Part shown: in pieces, positions 57,905 through 64,000 of the stretch
How positions within the stretch are numbered: position 1 is the stretch's first letter
Layout: each line of letters opens with the position of its first letter
From: Macrostomum lignano
Lineage: Eukaryota
Assembly (NCBI GenBank): GCA_002269645.1
Contig: NIVC01000304.1
Span: 75,612-139,611 of the forward strand
Direction of reading: 5' to 3'
Length of the DNA: 64,000 nucleotides
Notes under the pieces: generated by a model
Databases searched by the model: none
Seen by the model: the letters and a program-made list of their open reading frames with translations, nothing else
Told to the model about the DNA's origin: nothing
Translations under genes and position numbers: made by a program

Positions 57905-59015
57905 TTGTTACCCACACTGGACTGGTCTGGACCAGTGCCTTGCAGATTAAAACCTGCCCCGAGGCCCTCAAAAAAAGTGCAGGGGACCGCATGATCCTGA
58001 AAGCCCCGCTCTCTGCTCCTTTTGATGGCCTCAAACGCCTTCTTCGACTGCCTCTCGCCCCTGAACATATTCGTCCGCCACGAGGAAAAGTAGCCAAAAC
58101 TACTCGACGGCTCATCGAAGCTGGCGTTGGTTTTAGCCGCAGAGAGGGATGGCGGATCGCAAGCTCCTGTCGCACTCTGACCTGTGCCTTAAAGTTCTGG
58201 ACGAGAGTGGGAGCGCGGCTCAATCTCTACCAACGCTACAAGGTCACTATCCCCTCCAGGTAGAACGCTGACGACAGCTGGGCCCTCCAGGAGGTCCACT
58301 GCTTCACTGACGGATCCTTCAAAGACGGTACATCCGGCTGTGGAGTCTGCATCCTTATCAACGGTCGCGTGATCGCCACTCACGCCCAACACATGCCACT
58401 CGCGCCCAACACATGGTAGACTCTCCTGTGTTTTCCAAAACGAAGTCCTCGCAATCAGCACTTTCAAGCACTTGCACAACGCCGGTTTCAAAGGGTAACG
58501 AGCTCGCCGACTCCCTCGCTAAGAGTCTCCGACCGCCCACCCTGACGGCATTCCCGACTGCCGCCAATCTCGAGCGGCAGTGCCCAACCCGTCCCTCAAG
58601 CTGCGGAGACTCCTTTTGAACCAATATCGAAAAGATGTGACCACTCTCACTATGACCTTCACAGGTCACGGTTGCTTCGGCAGGCACTGGTTCCTCCGAG
58701 GCGATCGCCGGAGTGAACTCTGCCCCTTCTGCAACCTTGAGAACGAAGACGCTAAGTACTTCGTCTGCTACTGCCCGGCCTTCAACCGAGACCGGCTCCA
58801 CTACCTCGGGGCCCCTGGACGATGCTTTGCCGGCCCGAGAACAACTCACGGCTCATCCGGTTCCTCCGGGCTACCAAACGAGAGCCTCCGTCTTCCCCAC
58901 TAAAGACCACGCTGCAGACAGGCTCGACAGACCTCCCCGCGCCCTTTATTGGTTGAATGGGCGACGCTCGCCTACCCGCTGCGTCTTCGGACCGCCCTAC
59001 CGTCAAGTAGGGTAG
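57905..59015 (+). mobile_element. Degenerate, internally deleted 3' end of an RNase-H-bearing LINE (I/R1-group type)
   Basis: EVHCFTDGSFKDGTSGCGV and KGNELADSLAK are RNase H motifs. TGHGCFGRH...CPFC..EDAKYFVCYCPAF is a C-terminal zinc knuckle. Stops and frameshifts are present. Confidence 0.8.
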
Positions 59016-59719
59016 AGATTTTGTAGCTTATTTGATTTTGAACTTTTCAACTGATACCAAAAATGGCACCGCGATTCTGACGCTTAAAGAAAAACCGAGC
59101 GTGAGCTACGAGCGTATCGATCCGGGCGTAATGCAAAGAACAAGCAAAGTCAGACTAGCAATCCAAAAAAGGTTTCGTGCTCACATTTATAAATTATGAT
59201 TGCTTTTATATTTATAATTCAATGACTGGGTGGAACCGAATGCCAAGCTAAAAAAACTAAATTAGTTGAACAATGCCATTAAAAGAGAGTTGATAACTTC
59301 ACTTTGTACACAGCAGCTAGAGACAATGTACATAGACCGACCCGTTTAGCGTGCGCCCGAATAGAAATAAAAAAATCAACAGCCAGTGAGATGCAAGCAA
59401 GGTAAGGGGACTGGATTATTAATTAAGTAACTAGCATACAAATATAGGGTCACAAACTCACAAGTTCAAGTGCAATTATTGATCACACTACTGAGTCAAG
59501 TAGTGCTTATAGTACATTACTTATTGCAAGCAAGATTAAGATTAAAACAGCCAATCAGCTGATAATAAGGCTAATAATAACGCGATTAATTTTGTAAATT
59601 GCCAAGTCAGAATAGCAAGTTGAAAAACAACACTGGCCAGCGCTTGTTTCTAAACAGCAATAGCTAGTATGTACAAGAGAAATTACAATGAACATAAAAA
59701 TGCGGCATAACACAGGAAC

Positions 59720-59793
<74 letters not shown>
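59720..59793. repeat. (GA)n microsatellite
   Basis: Directly visible; one AA interruption. Confidence 0.95.
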
Positions 59794-59795
<2 letters not shown>

Positions 59796-60109
59796 AAGAC
59801 CGGGAAACACAATAGTCCACCGGACACAGGCGGTTAAATAAAACGGACAAGAAATTAAAAAAATAACAGTAATATTATTAAAAGGTAACAAATTTTTAAC
59901 GGGCCAAATGCTGCGCAATACAATAGAACACGAGTACAGAGCGCAAGTTTTATTAGTCAGTGGCCTTTCTAATATAAGTTCTACAACCGGCACTATTGAA
60001 CCGATTCGAGCTCCATCTACTAGCTCATAGTCAATAGATTTCACTGATAAACCAACTGAGTACCGGCTCATTTCGTAGGCTCACTGATTAAACAGGTTGT
60101 AGGATTCAT

Positions 60110-60590
60110 TTGACCCCCCCCCTCCGGTCATTGGGTCATAGGATCCATTTGACACCCCGTCATTGGGTCATAGGATTTATTTGACCCCCCGTCATTAGGT
60201 CATAGGATCCATTTGACACCCCGTCATTGGGTCATAGGATCCATTTGACCCCCCGTCATTGGGTCATAGGATCCATTTGACCCCCCCCCGTCATTGGGTC
60301 ATAGGATCCATTTGACCACCGGTCATTGAGTCATGGATCTAGTTGACACCCCGTCATTGGGTTATAGGATCCATTTGACCCCCCGGTCATTGGGTCATAG
60401 GATCCATTTGACACCCCATCATTGGGTCATAGGATCCATTTGATCCCCGGTCATTGGGTCATAGGATCCATTTAATCCCCGGTCATTGGGTTATAGGATC
60501 CATTTGACACCCCGTCATTGGGTCATAGGATCCATTTGACCCCCCGTCATTGGGTCATAGGATCTCTTTTACTACCCGGTCATTGGGTCA
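60110..60590. repeat. 32-bp minisatellite (~15 copies) just downstream of the NSD stop
   Basis: CCCGTCATTGGGTCATAGGATCCATTTGACAC; GTCATT recurs at 60127, 60159 and 60191. Confidence 0.92.
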
Positions 60591-60691
60591 AAGGATTTGC
60601 TTACTTTGACATCAGTCATTGTGTCATTGGAACCCTTGATCCCCCAGGTTTAAGCAGCCTCCCGAGTGCTTTACGGAAACTGCTCGCAGCT

Positions 60692-63600
60692 TCAGTCTCC
60701 ATTCTCCTTGCCTTCGGAGGCCTGATAGGCCACCAGAAGGTCGTCGTGCTCGCAACACACGTTGATGACGCCACCGCCGGCAGCTGTACCAGCCGGCATC
60801 TGGAAGATTCGACTGTCGGCGTGCTCAGCGCAGTAGGAACCGGGACACTCGGAGCACAGCACCGTGGCCGGGCGGCCGCACTCGTCGCAATGGTGCCACG
60901 GGCAGTACCACTTGCCGGATGGGGCTTTGGACAGACCCAGGCAGCCAAGGTGGTACACCTTGGGGCAGGCCTCCTTGTCGCACATGATCATTTCGCCACC
61001 GTCGCAGCAGCTGCGGTACAATGAAGGGTGATAGTTTCATCCCATCTTGATTGCCGTTTTAATATCCATAGAAATAAACAACAATGCAATTATATAGCTT
61101 TGGTTGTTGTTTTCTCGTGCGTGCTTCGCTGCAAAAAGCATGACATCAATCCTTTGCAACAGGCCTCCTAATCCTTTGCACCAGGCCTCCTAATCCTTTG
61201 CAACAGGCCTCCTAATCCTTTGCAACAGGCCTCCTAATCCTTTGCACCAGGCCTCCTACTCCTTTGCAACAGGCCTCCTAATCCTTTGCACCAGGCCTCC
61301 TAATCCTTTGCAACAGGCCTCCTAATCCTTTGCAACAGGCCTCCTAATCCTTTGCAACAGACCTCCTAATCCTTTGCACCAGGCCTCCTAATCCTTTGCA
61401 ACAGGCCTCCTAATCCTTTGCACCAGGCCTCCTAATCCTTTGCAACAGGCCTCCTAATCCTTTGCAACAGGCCTCCTAATCCTTTGCAACAGACCTCCTA
61501 ATCCTTTGCAACAGGACACCTACCTTTGCACCAGGCCTCCTAATCCTTTGCAACAGGTCTCCTAATCCTTTGCAACAGGTCTCCTAATCCTTTGCACTAG
61601 GCCTTCTAATCCTTTGCACTAGGCCTTCTAATCCTTTGCAACAGGCCTCCTAATCCTTTGCCGCAGGTCCCCTAATCCTTTGCAACAGGCCTCCTAATCC
61701 TTTGCAACAGGCCTCCTAATCCTTTGCACCAGGCCTTCTAATCCTTTGCAACAGGCCTCCTAATCCTTTGCAACAGGCCACCTAATCCTTTGCACCAGGC
61801 CTCCTAATCCTTTGCAACAGGCCACCTAATCCTTTGCACCAGGCCACCTAATCCTTTGCAACAGGTCTCCTAATCCTTTGCACCAGGCCTCCCTAATTCT
61901 TTGCCGCAGGTCCCCTAATCCTTTGCAACAGGTCTCCTAATCCTTTGCAACAGGCCTCCTAATCCTTTGCACCAGGCCTCCTAATCCTTTGCACTAGGCC
62001 TCCTAATTTCTTTGCCACAGGTCCCCTAATCCTTTGCACCAGGCCTCCTAATCCTTTGCACCAGGCCTCCTAATCCTTTGCCACAGGTCCCCTAATCCTT
62101 TGCACTAGGCCTCCTAATTCTTTGCAACAGGCCTCCTAATCCTTTGCACCAGGCCTCCTAATCCTTTGCAACAGGCCTCCTAATCCTTTGCAACAGGCCT
62201 CCTAATCCTTTGCAACAGACCTCCTAATCCTTTGCAACAGGACACCTAATCCTTTGCACCAGGCCTCCTAATCCTTTGCAACAGGTCTCCTAATCCTTTG
62301 CAACAGGTCTCCTAATCCTTTGCACTAGGCCTTCTAATCCTTTGCACTAGGCCTTCTAATCCTTTGCAACAGGCCTCCTAATCCTTTGCCGCAGGTCCCC
62401 TAATCCTTTGCAACAGGCCTCCTAATCCTTTGCAACAGGCCTCCTAATCCTTTGCACCAGGCCTTCTAATCCTTTGCAACAGGCCTCCTAATCCTTTGCA
62501 ACAGGCCACCTAATCCTTTGCACCAGGCTCCTCCTAATCCTTTGCAACAGGCCACCTAATCCTTTGCACCAGGCCACCTAATCCTTTGCAACAGGTCTCC
62601 TAATCCTTTGCACCAGGCCTCCCTAATTCTTTGCCGCAGGTCCCCTAATCCTTTGCAACAGGTCTCCTAATCCTTTGCAACAGGCCTCCTAATCCTTTGC
62701 ACCAGGCCTCCTAATCCTTTGCACTAGGCCTCCTAATTTCTTTGCCACAGGTCCCCTAATCCTTTGCACCAGGCCTCCTAATCCTTTGCACCAGGCCTCC
62801 TAATCCTTTGCCACAGGTCCCCTAATCCTTTGCACTAGGCCTCCTAATTCTTTGCCGCAGGTCCCTGAATCCTTTGCACCAAGCCTAATCCTTTGATGCA
62901 GGTCCCTTAATCCTTCAATTCACTAGTTCTTTAAATTGAATCCCCCGTTATAAATAAACTCACCGATAACACGTGTCCTCGTACACAACCTTGCACACGG
63001 CTCCGGTGGTGCCACTGGCGACGCCTTTTGTCCGGCGCCGTTTCTTGCCCGACTCGGCGCCGTCGCCTCCGCCGCCACCGCCACCACCGGAAGAAGCGGC
63101 AGCGTCGCGCAGAAGATTGGCGGACGAGCGTGGCCGGACGCCCAAGAAGCCGGAGCAGTTCTCGGCGCCACACTGACAGGCGAGTTTCTCAGCGCCCAGG
63201 CATTCAAAGTTATAATTAAAGGTGAGCTCTTCGCCGGCTTTGATGTCCCGCAGTGCGAATAGGCCGATGCGCAGGTCGCCGTTAACTGACCATTTCTGAG
63301 TGACCAGATTGGGCGAGCAGCTGTGGTTCATGAAGCGGCTCAGGTTGCCCTTCGGCCCGGCGTCGATAATCCGGCCCTGGTGAGGGAGATGATGGAATGA
63401 GTATGCTGGTCTGGGTTCAGGCTGCTCAGGTTGGTCTGGGTTCAGGTTGCTCAGGCTGGTTTGGGTTCAGGTTGCTCAGGCTGGTTTGGGTTCAGGTTGC
63501 TCGGGCTGGTTTGGGTTCAGGTTGCCCAGGCTGGTCGGGGTTCAGGTTGCTCAGGCTGGTCTGGGTTCAGGTGCTCAGGCTGGTTGGTTTCAGGTTGCTC

Positions 63601-64000
63601 AGGCTGGTCTGGGTTCAGGTTGCTCAGGCTGGTCTGGGTTCAGGTTGCTCAGGCTGGTCTGGGTTCAGGTTGCCCAGGCTGGTCGGGGTTCAGGTTGCTC
63701 AGGCTGGTCTGGGTTCAGGTTGCCAGGCTGGTCTGGGTTCAGGTTGCTCAGACTCTTGGGTTCAGGTTGCTCAGGCTGGTTTGGGTTCAGGTTGCTCAGG
63801 TGGTCTGGGTTCAGGTTGCTTGGGTTTGGGTTCATGTTGCTTAGGTAAGTTTCGGTTCATGCAGTGTTTAACTGTTTGGGTTTGGTCTCGGTTGCATCTG
63901 GTTACTTTAACTATCAGGTCCATAGGCCTTACCTTGTCTAGCGTGAGCATGTAGAAGTTAGTGACGCCATGATCGTGAGCCCAGCTCAGCCGTTTCTTGG
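60692..64000 (-). CDS. NSD: NSD-family histone H3K36 methyltransferase, 3' part (SET, post-SET, PHD5-C5HCH)
   Basis: Exons 64000-63933 (partial), 63376-62964 and 61010-60692. Joined sequence: [13 protein letters not shown]|[23 protein letters not shown]...[12 protein letters not shown]...[13 protein letters not shown]...EDTCYR|[24 protein letters not shown]...[13 protein letters not shown]...HDD. The paralog (NSD1/2/3) cannot be assigned. Confidence 0.93.
61148..62920. repeat. 22-bp minisatellite (~80 copies) in the last NSD intron
   Basis: AATCCTTTGCAACAGGCCTCCT. The variant block starting AGAC at 61491 recurs at 62217. Confidence 0.97.
63405..63842. repeat. 25-bp minisatellite (~17 copies) in an NSD intron
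   Basis: GGGTTCAGGTTGCTCAGGCTGGTCT. Confidence 0.95.

Noticed and set aside
63397-63954. 133-185-aa plus-strand ORFs
   Set aside because: Antisense readouts of the 25-bp NSD intron repeat.
202-64000. All five host genes on the minus strand as an operon or functional cluster
   Set aside because: Intergenic gaps are 3.5-16 kb and TE-filled, functions are unrelated, and five co-oriented genes is not improbable by chance.

Overview
Eukaryotic (animal) genomic DNA: GC-rich spliced exons, minisatellite-filled introns and AT-rich, transposon-rich intergenic DNA. The style suggests a free-living flatworm such as Macrostomum, but this is inference only. Five host genes can be reconstructed by hand, all on the minus strand. 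(1) The first coding exon of an Axin (RGS domain), which runs off the left edge. (2) An 8-exon, 1273-aa type-I membrane protein with TWO tandem, catalytically dead cholinesterase-like domains; all 7 of its introns contain a different tandem repeat, and several arrays multiply the gene's own 3' splice site. (3) A CFP1/CXXC1-like PHD + degenerate CXXC + AT-hook protein that appears to lack the Set1-binding C-terminus. (4) A 2-exon rhodopsin-family peptide-receptor-like GPCR. (5) The 3' end of an NSD-family H3K36 methyltransferase. The best mobile element is an apparently intact 3469-bp Chapaev-type (RAG1/Transib-related) DNA transposon with ~230-bp TIRs, CACACTG termini, a 4-bp TSD and an uninterrupted 707-aa transposase. 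Also present: a deleted MULE with a nested non-autonomous Helitron, two copies of an unassigned 4-bp-TSD MITE (one splits an RTE LINE), hAT-type MITEs carrying expanding GA tracts, a MITE nested in a MITE, a foldback element, a CORE-type tRNA SINE, an RNase-H LINE remnant, and a 66-bp 28S rDNA-like snippet around the R2 target site. Splice sites were inferred from GT/AG motifs plus reading-frame and protein-motif continuity; no transcript data or database searches were available.
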